Positions 10,307-19,496 of a DNA stretch of 64,000 nucleotides are shown here, in pieces; positions within the stretch are counted from its first letter, which is position 1; the number at the start of each line of letters is the position of its first letter. A program made the position numbers and the translations under genes. The notes under the pieces are model-generated. The model did not search any database and was not told where the DNA came from. It was given only the letters and a program-made list of their open reading frames with translations. This DNA comes from Candidatus Moraniibacteriota bacterium (GTDB lineage: Bacteria; Patescibacteriota; Minisyncoccia; Moranbacterales; UBA2206), in NCBI GenBank assembly GCA_030645735.1, contig JAUSNP010000005.1:8151-72150 (forward strand). The letters run 5' to 3'.

Positions 10307-11638
10307 ATGGACGAGAATATTGTTGTTGTGGCTAAGGGTAAGACCAAAACACTGTATGAACTTCCGGATCGTCCTGGGGTGGTATTGGTCAGAAGTGGCA
10401 ATGAGATTACCAAAAACGATGATCCGGATGCTACCAAACTCATGGAAAGCAAGGCGCTCCATGCAACCTCAACTACGTGCGCGATTTTCTCTTTGTTGAA
10501 GGCGGCGGGGATTCCGGTGGCCTTCTTGGAACGAACTTCGCCAACCGAATTTCTGGCGCCCAAGTGCAAGATGATCCAACTGGAAGTCATTATGCGTCGT
10601 TATGCTCCTTTGAAAAGTAGCTACATTATGCGTCGTCCTGATTTAGAAAGGGCCGCTGGGGAACTGCCTCATCGTTTCCACCGTCTGATGTTTGAGCTTT
10701 TTCTCAAGACGACCAGTGGTGAGATTCGAAATCGGTATGGCGAAGTCGTTGGCAAGATGCCCAACGATTGCTTGGAAATCGAGCGTAAAAAGCCAGTTGA
10801 TGATCCATTGCTGGTTGACTGCGCTGATGGGATTTGGGAACTTCGTCACCCGAAAATCCCAAGTTGGGATGATCGATCGAAATTCGATATGCACATCAAT
10901 ATGGGCGATGTTTTGCCAAATAGTGTGACAGTCGAGATGATCGAGGAACTGGCTCGCAAAACTTTCCTGGTTCTGGAAGGTGCTTGGTCCCAGCTCGGTT
11001 GTCGGTTGATCGATTTCAAGATCGAATTCGGCCTTGGGCCGAACGGTGAGCTTCTCGTGGCCGATGTTATCGACAATGACAGCTGGCGCCTGCGGGATAG
11101 CAATTGGCAGGAATTGTCCAAACAGCTCTTCCGTGATAATGCGGATATGAGTCAAATCGCTGACAAGTATGCCCTGGTGGCCAATTTGACCAGTCGACTC
11201 ACCATTCCTCAACAGGCCATTGTGCTGTGGCGCGGATCCAAAGACGACGATCTCCCTGAAGTTCCGGTTCTGGCTGGAATTGAAGGGATTAAGATCATTG
11301 ATTCTGGTCACAAATCCCCGGGTATTTGCCTGTCTTCTCTCGAAGATGTGTTGGCGACCTATCCTGAGGGTGGTGTGGTGTTGGCACTTGTCGGTATGAG
11401 TAATGGTCTTGGGCCGACGCTGGCCGCAAGAACGAGTTGGCCTGTGATCGGAGTGGCGATAACGGCAGGAAATCATCCAGAAGATGTCTGGAGCAACCTT
11501 AGAATGCCAAGGCAGGTTCCGATGGTGACGGTGCTTTCACCAACAAACGCTGTGTTGGCCGCGCTCAACATTCTGGCTCAGAAAAATCCGGTGGCCTATA
11601 TGCACAGGCAATATGCCATCGAGAAGCTGGACAAGTAA
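10307..11638 (+). CDS. purCE: bifunctional SAICAR synthetase (PurC) / AIR carboxylase-N5-CAIR mutase (PurE) fusion
   Basis: N-terminal ~310 aa match PurC (AKGKTKTLYEL, LIDFKIEFGL); C-terminal ~140 aa match PurE (WRGSKDD, MPRQVPMVTV, TNAVLAALNILA); strong SD GAGGAGGAGG 6 nt before the ATG at 10307 (the ORF track used TTG at 10259); locally GC-richer than neighbours. Confidence 0.8.
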   Translation: MDENIVVVAKGKTKTLYELPDRPGVVLVRSGNEITKNDDPDATKLMESKALHATSTTCAIFSLLKAAGIPVAFLERTSPTEFLAPKCKMIQLEVIMRRYAPLKSSYIMRRPDLERAAGELPHRFHRLMFELFLKTTSGEIRNRYGEVVGKMPNDCLEIERKKPVDDPLLVDCADGIWELRHPKIPSWDDRSKFDMHINMGDVLPNSVTVEMIEELARKTFLVLEGAWSQLGCRLIDFKIEFGLGPNGELLVADVIDNDSWRLRDSNWQELSKQLFRDNADMSQIADKYALVANLTSRLTIPQQAIVLWRGSKDDDLPEVPVLAGIEGIKIIDSGHKSPGICLSSLEDVLATYPEGGVVLALVGMSNGLGPTLAARTSWPVIGVAITAGNHPEDVWSNLRMPRQVPMVTVLSPTNAVLAALNILAQKNPVAYMHRQYAIEKLDK

Positions 11639-11662
11639 GTTTGCAAGCAGTATTTTTTCTAC

Positions 11663-11705
11663 CAAAGCCGGAGGGGTTCAATTGAACTTCCTCCGGCTTT
11701 TTTCT
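11663..11705 (+). terminator. rho-independent terminator
   Basis: GCCGGAGGggttcaattgaacttCCTCCGGC followed by a T-run. Confidence 0.7.
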
Positions 11706-11774
11706 TTTTGCCCAAAAGGTGGTTTTGGCGTAGAATTAGGCCAGTTAATTGTTTAATAATTAAGCATAAAAACT

Positions 11775-12089
11775 ATGTCAAAACAACTCATCAAACAATC
11801 TTTCCTGCTAGCTTTGGGCGAAGGGATTTATATTTCCTTGGTGGCACTGCTCATGTTTGGCGTTCAGAAATGGTTCGGTTCCAAACCCGATCCGGCCGTC
11901 ATTGCACCAATTGCCTTCCTCTTGCTTCTCGTCATTTCCGCGGCAATTTCAGGCGCCCTGATCTTGGGCAAACCCGCCATGCTCTATCTCGACGGACAAA
12001 AGAAAGACGCGCTCAAACTTTTTGGTCTGACTGTTGGTTGGTTAATTGTTCTGTTAGTCATTGCATTCACAATCGTGGCGATGCAATAG
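11775..12089 (+). CDS. hypothetical small membrane protein (3 TM helices)
   Basis: 104 aa, hydrophobic; no recognisable family. Confidence 0.4.
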   Translation: MSKQLIKQSFLLALGEGIYISLVALLMFGVQKWFGSKPDPAVIAPIAFLLLLVISAAISGALILGKPAMLYLDGQKKDALKLFGLTVGWLIVLLVIAFTIVAMQ

Positions 12090-12215
12090 AATTTGGAAAA
12101 ACTATAGCACCCAGTTGGGGTGGAGGTGAGGGTGAATTGGGGTGGGATATTTATTGGTTTTAGTGTAATATAAATATATAGAAAGAATAAGTTTTCTGAA
12201 TAGTCTTATAATTTT

Positions 12216-13910
12216 ATGGTAGAAATCGAAAGCGAAAAATATAAGGACTTATCAAGAGAGGATCTTTTGAAAGTCATTGAAAAAATGGATTCCCGTAAGA
12301 AATACGGGCTTATTTGGGATGAGGATAAGGTGAAAGAGCAATTTGAGAAAGATGCTGTGAATGCTCTGCCGATTTTGAAGGAAATCAGGGGTAAAGAAAT
12401 TGCTACTAGCCCGGACGAGCCAATAAATATTTTGATTGAGGGCGACAACTATCACGCTCTTTCTGTTCTGAATTTCACTCATCAAGGTAAAATCGATGTG
12501 ATTTATATCGACCCACCATATAATACTGGAAACAAAGATTTTAAATATAATGATAGCTATATAGATAAAGAAGATGCATATCGTCATAGCAAATGGCTGT
12601 CTTTTATGAATAAGAGATTACGTCTTGCAAAGAGTTTATTAAATGAAACGGGGGTTATTTATATTTCTATAGACGACAATGAGATTGCCCAATTAAAATT
12701 ATTATGTGATGAGATTTTTGGTGAAAATAATTTTGTGAATAATATTGCATTAAGAGTCAGTCCTCCTAATGGCGTAAAAATGACCCATGCTGATAAGACA
12801 ATCTTAAAAGAGAAGGAATATGTTTTGGTTTATGCAAAAAATAATAATTTAGTTTCTTTTGTTCCTCAATTTAAAAAAGCAGATAAGTGGGATAAGCATT
12901 TTAACAACTTTATAGTTAAAAACGGAAAAGATTTATCTAAGTGGGAAGTTGTCTCTCTATCATCAAAATTGAAAGAACTAGAGCTTAATCCAGACTTAGA
13001 GGATGTAGATTTTTTGAAATGGGCAAGAGAGAATTCGGATTGCATATTTCAATCAGTTGGTTTGGCTAAAATTAAGAATATAAAAAAATATAATACAGAT
13101 AGAATTGTTTCAATAGATAATATGGATAATTATTTTGCGTATAAAGGAAGACAAGTGCAATTATTATCTAATAGTATAAAGAAAACAGATAGCGGAGAAA
13201 CACTATCAAGATTGCTTTGCGACCTGTGGGTTGATATTAGTTTTAATAATCTTTTTCAGGAGGGTGGGGTAGAATTTAAATTTGGTAAAAAACCGCAATC
13301 CTTAATTAAAAGATTGATAAAACTTAGCACGGGAAAAAAAGATGCAATGGTTTTAGATTTCTTTGCTGGAAGCGGTTCTACCCTGCATGCTATTTTGGAG
13401 TTAAATGGCGAGGATGGGGGAGCCAGAGAATGTATTATTTGTACAAATGATGAAGAAGGTATTTGTACTGAAATTTGTTATCCGAGAATAAAAAATGCAA
13501 TTAAAGGATATGGAAATAAAAAAGGAAATGGTGGAAATCTTAAATATTTCAAAACTGGTTTTGTAAAAAAGACAATCAACAGAGATGATATGAAAATGAA
13601 ACTCACTCGAGAGTGCACGGAAATGCTCTGTATTCGCGAAGGTGTTTTTGACGAAAAGAAAAAGACCGATGATTATCTGATTTTTGAGCAAGGTGGACGA
13701 ATTATGGCAGTCTATTATTCTATCGAACGCAAAGGACTCAAGGAACTCAAAAAAGAACTAGACAAAATGAAAGGCGAAAAAGTCTTGTATTGTTTTACGC
13801 TAGATCCGCTAGGTTTGGATAAAAGTGATTTTACGAATTGGAAAGACATGCAATTGGAGCCAATCCCACAAAAAATATTAGAAGTGTACGAAGAAATTTA
13901 TGAATATTAA
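12216..13910 (+). CDS. mod: Type III restriction-modification methyltransferase (Mod, N6-adenine)
   Basis: 564 aa; DVIYIDPPYNTGN (DPPY motif IV); C-terminal SAM-binding block (MVLDFFAGSGST); overlaps the downstream res by 11 nt. Confidence 0.85.
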   Translation: MVEIESEKYKDLSREDLLKVIEKMDSRKKYGLIWDEDKVKEQFEKDAVNALPILKEIRGKEIATSPDEPINILIEGDNYHALSVLNFTHQGKIDVIYIDPPYNTGNKDFKYNDSYIDKEDAYRHSKWLSFMNKRLRLAKSLLNETGVIYISIDDNEIAQLKLLCDEIFGENNFVNNIALRVSPPNGVKMTHADKTILKEKEYVLVYAKNNNLVSFVPQFKKADKWDKHFNNFIVKNGKDLSKWEVVSLSSKLKELELNPDLEDVDFLKWARENSDCIFQSVGLAKIKNIKKYNTDRIVSIDNMDNYFAYKGRQVQLLSNSIKKTDSGETLSRLLCDLWVDISFNNLFQEGGVEFKFGKKPQSLIKRLIKLSTGKKDAMVLDFFAGSGSTLHAILELNGEDGGARECIICTNDEEGICTEICYPRIKNAIKGYGNKKGNGGNLKYFKTGFVKKTINRDDMKMKLTRECTEMLCIREGVFDEKKKTDDYLIFEQGGRIMAVYYSIERKGLKELKKELDKMKGEKVLYCFTLDPLGLDKSDFTNWKDMQLEPIPQKILEVYEEIYEY

Positions 13911-16212
13911 TCTCAAAGAATATCAAGAAAGAGCCGTTGATCAGCTCACTGATAAAGTGAAGGGTCTTTTGGAATTAGATGGCGTTGGTGAGGTGTGTGT
14001 TTTTCAGGCTCCGACCGGAAGTGGAAAGACGGTGATGACTGCCAAATTTATCGAAGGGCTTATTCGCGAAATGCCAGAAACAGATTTGTGTTTTGTTTGG
14101 GTTAGTATTGGCAAAGGTAATCTGCATTTGCAAAGCAAGCATAGTCTCGAGCGAATTTTTGGTGGCTCGCCAAGAGTTTCTTTGATCGAGGAAGAATTTA
14201 ATGGTGGACGCGAAAGAATTGTGCGAAATGAAGTTGTAGTGGCTAACTGGGAAAAATTGCGAACAAAGGATCGAGAATCTGGAGATTGGAAAAATGTTTT
14301 AATGAAAGACGGCGAGAAAATAAATTTCCGTGAAGTTTTAGCCAAAACCAGGGAGCAAAGACAAATTATTTTAATCATTGATGAAAGTCATATTGGAGCA
14401 ACAGCAGAACGAACTGGCGAACTGCGAAAAGAAATCAATGCGGATGTGATTATTGAAATGAGTGCCACCCCGACCATTACGCAGAATGTTTTTGAAATTG
14501 TGCGTGTCAATCCATCTGAAGTTATTGAAGAAGGAATGATTAAAAAAGAATTGATTATCAACGAGGGCATCAACAAAATTGAAAATGATGAAAAGGATTC
14601 ACAGGAAGTCGTTTTGGAAATGGCCTTTCAAAAAAGATTAGAACTCAAAAAATTATTTGAAAAAGAGGGTGTGAATGTTAATCCACTGGTGCTTATTCAA
14701 ATTCCAACGGCCGAAGCTGGCAAGGATAAAATCGAAGCCGTTCGAGAATTTCTTGGCAAAAGAAATACTATTGAGCGAAAAAATGGCAATGGAAATGGTA
14801 AGTTGGCCATCTGGTTGGCTGATCAAAAATCAGAACAACTTGATTGGATCTCAGAGCCTGACAATGAAATTGAATTTTTAGTTTTCAAACAAGCAATCGA
14901 TACTGGCTGGGATTGTCCGCGCGCTCACATTCTCGTGAAATTTCGAGAATCACACAGTGAAACTTTTGAAATTCAAACTGTCGGACGGATTTTGCGTATG
15001 CCTGAACAAAAGCATTATGAAAGCGAGGATTTGAATCGTGGCTATATTTTCACCAATGTCCAAAGCATTTTGGTGAAAAAAGAAGAATACAATCCAAATA
15101 TCATCAAGCACCTCAAAGGTGAGAGAATCAATGATTATAAATCAATGAAGCTCACTTCGTATTTTAAACAGCGAGTTGATTATGGTGATATAACTTCCAG
15201 CTTCACGCCGACATTCGAAAAAGTCGCCAATGAATATTTTGGCCTCAATGGTGATTATACTCTTTTTGCGGAGTGTGCTGCACTTGTTGAAAAGAAAGGC
15301 ATTTCTGTCGACGTGAAACATTATGAGCAAGAAATTATTGCAGACACGAAATTAGATATGAAATCGTTTGATGAATTGCAAGGGAAAATTACACCCGAAA
15401 CAATCAAGCGACTGACTATTGCCGGCAACGATTTGGACAATATGTTCAAGCAGGTCATCAAGAGCAATCTGGGATCATTCCGAGGCGTGAAGCGTTCTGT
15501 TTCCCCGATAAAAACAGCTATCTATTGTTGGTTTAAAAAATATTTGGGTTCTGATAGTTGGAATGAGCCAAGCTTTTTGACTCAAAAAATATTTTTACAC
15601 AATGGTAACAAAGCGGTTTTCGAAAGAATACTGGTGCAAGCTATTGAAGCATATCGAGAAGTGAAAGAAGAAGAAGTTCGCGAGAAGGTCAAGGAAAGCG
15701 AAAAATATTATGATTTTGAATTGCCGAAAGAATTATTTTTCAATGATCACACGGATGAACTAGTTGAAGTGAAAAATTACGCCTATGATAAATGTTATCT
15801 TGGTAAAGATCGTTCCGAGCCAGAAAAGCATTTTGAAAAATTCTTGGATGGTAATTCGGAAAAAATTGCATGGTGGTGGAAAAATGGAGAGAATAGGCAA
15901 GATTATTTCGGCGTGCGCTATGAATACAAGGGCGAAATTTTCACTTTCTATCCTGATTATCTCGTTCAGTTTAAAGCTGGCAATCTTGGAATTTTAGAAG
16001 TCAAAGACTCAGGCGATCGTGACGGAGGTGGAAAAACCAAAGCCAAAGCAGAAGCCTTGCAAAAACATCTTGCAAGTCAAAAAAATGATAAACTTTTTGG
16101 CGGTGTTGTAATTGAAAAAAATGGTGATTGGTTGATAAATTCTGAAGATGTTTATAATTGGGAAAAATGCGAGAATGGAGACTGGGGTGAGTGGAAAATT
16201 TTAGAACTATAA
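13900..16212 (+). CDS. res: Type III restriction enzyme Res subunit (helicase-nuclease)
   Basis: 770 aa; Walker A FQAPTGSGKT, DEAH-like IIDESH, helicase C motifs (QTVGRILR); translationally coupled to mod. Confidence 0.8.
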   Translation: MNINLKEYQERAVDQLTDKVKGLLELDGVGEVCVFQAPTGSGKTVMTAKFIEGLIREMPETDLCFVWVSIGKGNLHLQSKHSLERIFGGSPRVSLIEEEFNGGRERIVRNEVVVANWEKLRTKDRESGDWKNVLMKDGEKINFREVLAKTREQRQIILIIDESHIGATAERTGELRKEINADVIIEMSATPTITQNVFEIVRVNPSEVIEEGMIKKELIINEGINKIENDEKDSQEVVLEMAFQKRLELKKLFEKEGVNVNPLVLIQIPTAEAGKDKIEAVREFLGKRNTIERKNGNGNGKLAIWLADQKSEQLDWISEPDNEIEFLVFKQAIDTGWDCPRAHILVKFRESHSETFEIQTVGRILRMPEQKHYESEDLNRGYIFTNVQSILVKKEEYNPNIIKHLKGERINDYKSMKLTSYFKQRVDYGDITSSFTPTFEKVANEYFGLNGDYTLFAECAALVEKKGISVDVKHYEQEIIADTKLDMKSFDELQGKITPETIKRLTIAGNDLDNMFKQVIKSNLGSFRGVKRSVSPIKTAIYCWFKKYLGSDSWNEPSFLTQKIFLHNGNKAVFERILVQAIEAYREVKEEEVREKVKESEKYYDFELPKELFFNDHTDELVEVKNYAYDKCYLGKDRSEPEKHFEKFLDGNSEKIAWWWKNGENRQDYFGVRYEYKGEIFTFYPDYLVQFKAGNLGILEVKDSGDRDGGGKTKAKAEALQKHLASQKNDKLFGGVVIEKNGDWLINSEDVYNWEKCENGDWGEWKILEL

Positions 16213-16240
16213 TTAAGTGTTGTGAAAATAAGAAATATTT

Positions 16241-16621
16241 ATGAAACAAGTTAGGTGGATAAAAAATACTCAAAATAATGAATGGTTCGATTTTTTGCGA
16301 TTAAATCTCGAATCTCCTTATTTTAATGGTAAAGTAGGTATTTACGCTATTTGGTATGCCACGCCCTCATCTGCAAAAGTTATAAAAGTGGGAAGTGGAA
16401 ACATCGCAGAGCGCCTAAAGGACCATAGAGCTAATCAAGAAATAACCAAATATTCATCCCTGGGCAGCCTGAAAGTATCTTGGGTTGTTGCAGATTCTAA
16501 TCCGTTATCTCCAGATGAAATCCAAGGAGCAGAAATCTACCTTGCCAATAAATACCGTCCGCTAGTTGGCGATAGATTTCCAAATGTACAAGAAATTCCT
16601 ATTAGTCCAATAAAGAAATAA
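16241..16621 (+). CDS. hypothetical protein with GIY-YIG / T5orf172-like signature
   Basis: 126 aa; GIYAIWY-(10)-VIKVGSG...ERLKDH...E spacing resembles a GIY-YIG core; directly downstream of res in an AT-rich island. Confidence 0.35.
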   Translation: MKQVRWIKNTQNNEWFDFLRLNLESPYFNGKVGIYAIWYATPSSAKVIKVGSGNIAERLKDHRANQEITKYSSLGSLKVSWVVADSNPLSPDEIQGAEIYLANKYRPLVGDRFPNVQEIPISPIKK

Positions 16622-16626
16622 ACCCT

Positions 16627-17025
16627 ATGGATATTCTATTGAAAACCTTAATTGAGTTAGCCCCAGCGTTAATTGTTGGTATTGTTATTTGGGCACTTGG
16701 AGAAAAAGCAATAAAGGATCGAATGAAATCAGATGCTATAAGAGACTTAATGGCCTATCGTGGAGATTATGCGTCATCTGATTTTAGGCGATCTTTGAAC
16801 AAAATTTCAGTGACCTTTCATAATGATCCAGAAATTCGCTCAAAAGTTAGAAATCTTTATGAGGTTATTAATAATCCGACATTGCCGTCTAAAAGCACGG
16901 AAAGAACGATTGTCGGATTAATTTATAGATTGTGTCAAAAAAATGGATTTAAAGGCTTAACGGAATATGATATAGATCAGGCATTTCCAGAGAATAAACA
17001 AAATCCTCAAGAGTCTATTGAATAA
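16627..17025 (+). CDS. hypothetical protein with N-terminal TM helix
   Basis: 132 aa; no family recognised; 6 nt after the previous gene, likely co-transcribed. Confidence 0.35.
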   Translation: MDILLKTLIELAPALIVGIVIWALGEKAIKDRMKSDAIRDLMAYRGDYASSDFRRSLNKISVTFHNDPEIRSKVRNLYEVINNPTLPSKSTERTIVGLIYRLCQKNGFKGLTEYDIDQAFPENKQNPQESIE

Positions 17026-17400
17026 AATATTCAAAAATAAAGAGCACTAGTAATTGGTCGATACTAGAGGAATTAGAATTTAAATAAACACTAAAAATAA
17101 TAAAATGACTAAGATAAAATGTGCGGCAAGGCGTGTGGATAAAAAGCCAGGCGTAAAAACTGTTAAAGTTGAATCGCACAAGAGAAGTGTGCCAAAAAAG
17201 ATTGGTAAAAAATGTAGTTGCTAGTTAGGTCGCCTTGAAAAATGTGACTAAGTAGGTAGAGTTTGATTGGCATGAGGAATGATTTAAAATCAAGAATTTG
17301 GATTGACTTACTTTGCTGAAAAATAACGCCCAAAAAGCGCAACCTTTCACAAAGACAACTGCATATGCGGTTGTTTTTGTTTTAGTGGTATAATTACAAC

Positions 17401-17529
17401 ATGAAAAAGAAAGTATTTATAATCCATGGTTGGGAAGGAAAACCTGATTCAAATTGGTTTCCGTGGATGAAAACTGAATTGGAAAAAGAAAATGTGCAAG
17501 TGCATGTTTCGAGCATGCTAAATTCATAA
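17401..17529 (+). pseudogene. truncated N-terminal fragment of an alpha/beta serine hydrolase (YdeN/RBBP9-like)
   Basis: 42-codon ORF MKKKVFIIHGWEGKPDSNWFPWMKTELEKENVQV then stop; typical start of ~190-aa esterases. Confidence 0.4.
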
Positions 17530-17558
17530 ATTAATTCAAATAATTACTTATATGAAAT

Positions 17559-18170
17559 ATGTCAGAAGAATTTGTTAGAATCAATATTGCTTTTATGCCG
17601 CCGGTTGAAATTGCGGAAAAAGTTGCGCAGATTAGTTATGAGATAGGCGCGAAAGAAGAATCCTATTTTGTCATTGATAGAAAAAATTTTCATCCACATA
17701 TTACAATTTATGGATTTGAATTTCCGGCTCGCAATTTGGAAAATGTTTTGGCTGAGATTGAAATATTGTCCAAAAAATTATCTAGTGCGAAATTTGTTTT
17801 TAAGAAAGTTACTACCGAAGAAGGATATATCGGTATAGAATGTGACAATACTGAGGAAATAAAACATATTCATGAAACAACCATTAAGGCACTCAACCCT
17901 TGGCGTGAGGGGCATATTCGAGATAAAGATAAGAATATGAAATCTTCCGAAAAGAACTTGAATGTTCAAGAATATGGACATCCTCGCGTTATGGACTCAT
18001 ATTGTCCTCACATGACTATAATTAGATTGAAAGATGATGAAGTCGCGGAAAAAATAGCAACAGAAATCCAATGGACTGATAATGCATTTGTCTTGGATAG
18101 AATAGGTGCATTTAGAATGGGGCCAAACGGAACATGCGTGGAGTTAATAAGAGAATTTAAGCTTGGATAA
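17559..18170 (+). CDS. 2H phosphoesterase superfamily protein (LigT / 2'-5' RNA ligase-like)
   Basis: 203 aa; two H-x-T/S-x motifs (HPHITIY and CPHMTII). Confidence 0.7.
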   Translation: MSEEFVRINIAFMPPVEIAEKVAQISYEIGAKEESYFVIDRKNFHPHITIYGFEFPARNLENVLAEIEILSKKLSSAKFVFKKVTTEEGYIGIECDNTEEIKHIHETTIKALNPWREGHIRDKDKNMKSSEKNLNVQEYGHPRVMDSYCPHMTIIRLKDDEVAEKIATEIQWTDNAFVLDRIGAFRMGPNGTCVELIREFKLG

Positions 18171-18202
18171 TCAAAGGTGATGAATTAATTCAATAATTAA
18201 AT

Positions 18203-18403
18203 TTGTTCATGGAAGATAGGGAGGCGATTGAAATTTTGATGCGGATGGGGGACAAGTATGCTCTTTCTGACGAAGAAAAAGAGGCGGTTTCGGCGGCCAT
18301 CGGAATACTCAGCTGGTCAGCGCTCGGCCAGACTCGCATAAAAAACATCGCCAAGGCGCAAAAGGCGAAAAAAGAGTTCAAGGAGAATAAATTTTTAAAA
18401 TAA
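18203..18403 (+). CDS. hypothetical small protein
   Basis: 66 aa, charged, no family. Confidence 0.3.
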   Translation: MFMEDREAIEILMRMGDKYALSDEEKEAVSAAIGILSWSALGQTRIKNIAKAQKAKKEFKENKFLK

Positions 18404-18444
18404 CAATCTAGAATCGAAATAACTTCAAAGCCCGAGCCCTTAAA

Positions 18445-18490
18445 AACAAAAAAAATAACATTCTGACATTCTCAAGAATGTCAGCATGTC
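18445..18490. promoter_or_regulatory. palindromic operator (copy 1)
   Basis: aACATTCTgACATTCTCAAGAATGTCAgcatgt; 9-bp inverted arms TGACATTCT/AGAATGTCA overlap the first in-frame ATG of the ArsR ORF. Confidence 0.6.
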
Positions 18491-18513
18491 GGCGTGGTAT
18501 AATAAAAACAAAA

Positions 18514-18822
18514 ATGTTAGCCAAAAGAAAAAAAGTTGTGCAGAAGGAAAAGACGCCCAAGCAGATGGAGCGACACTTGAAAGGTGTCGCCAATCATCGG
18601 CGGATCGCGATTCTTTTTCTGATTGCGAAGCGCAGAGGAATCACGGTAGATGGCATTGCGGAAAATTTGGATTGCAATGTAAAAACGATCTCGTCCCATC
18701 TTTGGCGTTTGGCTCAATCCGGGCTCGTAGTGAAGGTCTATCGAGGGCGGACAGTCGCACACGAACTTTCTCCCTACGGAAAGATTCTCCATAAATTCCT
18801 AACCACATTCTCCCAACAATAG
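18514..18822 (+). CDS. ArsR/SmtB-family winged-helix transcriptional regulator
   Basis: wHTH (RRIAILFLIAKRRGITVDGIAENLDCNVKTISSHLWRLAQSGLV); start chosen downstream of the operator palindrome (ORF track 18478). Confidence 0.65.
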   Translation: MLAKRKKVVQKEKTPKQMERHLKGVANHRRIAILFLIAKRRGITVDGIAENLDCNVKTISSHLWRLAQSGLVVKVYRGRTVAHELSPYGKILHKFLTTFSQQ

Positions 18823-18828
18823 AACATT

Positions 18829-18866
18829 CTCACATTCTCAAGAATGTCAGCATGTTATTGGGTAGG
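18829..18866. promoter_or_regulatory. palindromic operator (copy 2)
   Basis: gaACATTCTcACATTCTCAAGAATGTCAgcatgt; ~37-nt direct repeat of copy 1, located between ArsR and the HAD gene. Confidence 0.6.
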
Positions 18867-18885
18867 AATAATTTGAATAAAAAAT

Positions 18886-19491
18886 ATGAACAAAGAACAA
18901 TTCGAAAATTATCTTCAAGAGAAAAACAAGAATCATATTATTTTTGATTTTGACGCAACATTATGCACGTTGTTAGTTGATTGGAATCCATGGCGTAAGG
19001 AAATGGATGATATTTTTTCTGAGTTAGGATTGAATGTAGATAGGAGTTCTAATTTCAACTATTCTGAAATGCTAAATCGTTGCGTTGAAAAAGGTGGAGA
19101 TGCGATGAGGGATCGGATAATGGAAATGAATTATAATGTCGAAAAGAATTTTTCTTCCGGTTATGATTTGTCGCCTTTGGCAATGCCACTCTTGGAATTG
19201 TCCAAAACAAATGCTGATTTGTATCTTTGGACATCCAATGACAAAAGAACAATCATGCCAATTTTGGAAGAACTAAATTGGGTGAAATTCTTCAAAAAAA
19301 TTGTTACGCGCAATGATGTTAGATATATCAAGCCGAGCGCAGATGGCTTTGCTTTGATTTATGATGAGAATGTTCCAAAATCCCAATATTTGCTCATCGG
19401 CGACAGTCGCTCCGACAGTGGCGCGGCACAAGCGGCGGGCATAGATTTTTTGAATATTGATGAGTTTGAAGAAGATAAATTTATAAAATAA
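18886..19491 (+). CDS. HAD-superfamily hydrolase
   Basis: 201 aa; motif I FDFDATL, C-terminal GDSRSD. Confidence 0.75.
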   Translation: MNKEQFENYLQEKNKNHIIFDFDATLCTLLVDWNPWRKEMDDIFSELGLNVDRSSNFNYSEMLNRCVEKGGDAMRDRIMEMNYNVEKNFSSGYDLSPLAMPLLELSKTNADLYLWTSNDKRTIMPILEELNWVKFFKKIVTRNDVRYIKPSADGFALIYDENVPKSQYLLIGDSRSDSGAAQAAGIDFLNIDEFEEDKFIK

Positions 19492-19496
19492 AAAAT

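Noticed and set aside
10643-11476. 277-aa minus-strand ORF antisense to purCE
   Set aside because: GC-rich coding DNA commonly yields long antisense ORFs. The Arg/His-rich product has no family, and the sense strand has clear PurC/PurE homology.
11708-12163. 151-aa Arg/Trp-rich ORF overlapping the terminator and the small membrane protein gene
   Set aside because: Starts inside a terminator hairpin, overlaps the better-supported hydrophobic ORF in another frame, and has non-protein-like composition.
16001-16273. 90-aa minus-strand ORF at the res/downstream gene junction
   Set aside because: Overlaps the res 3' end and the start of the next gene on the opposite strand. AT-rich low-complexity sequence.
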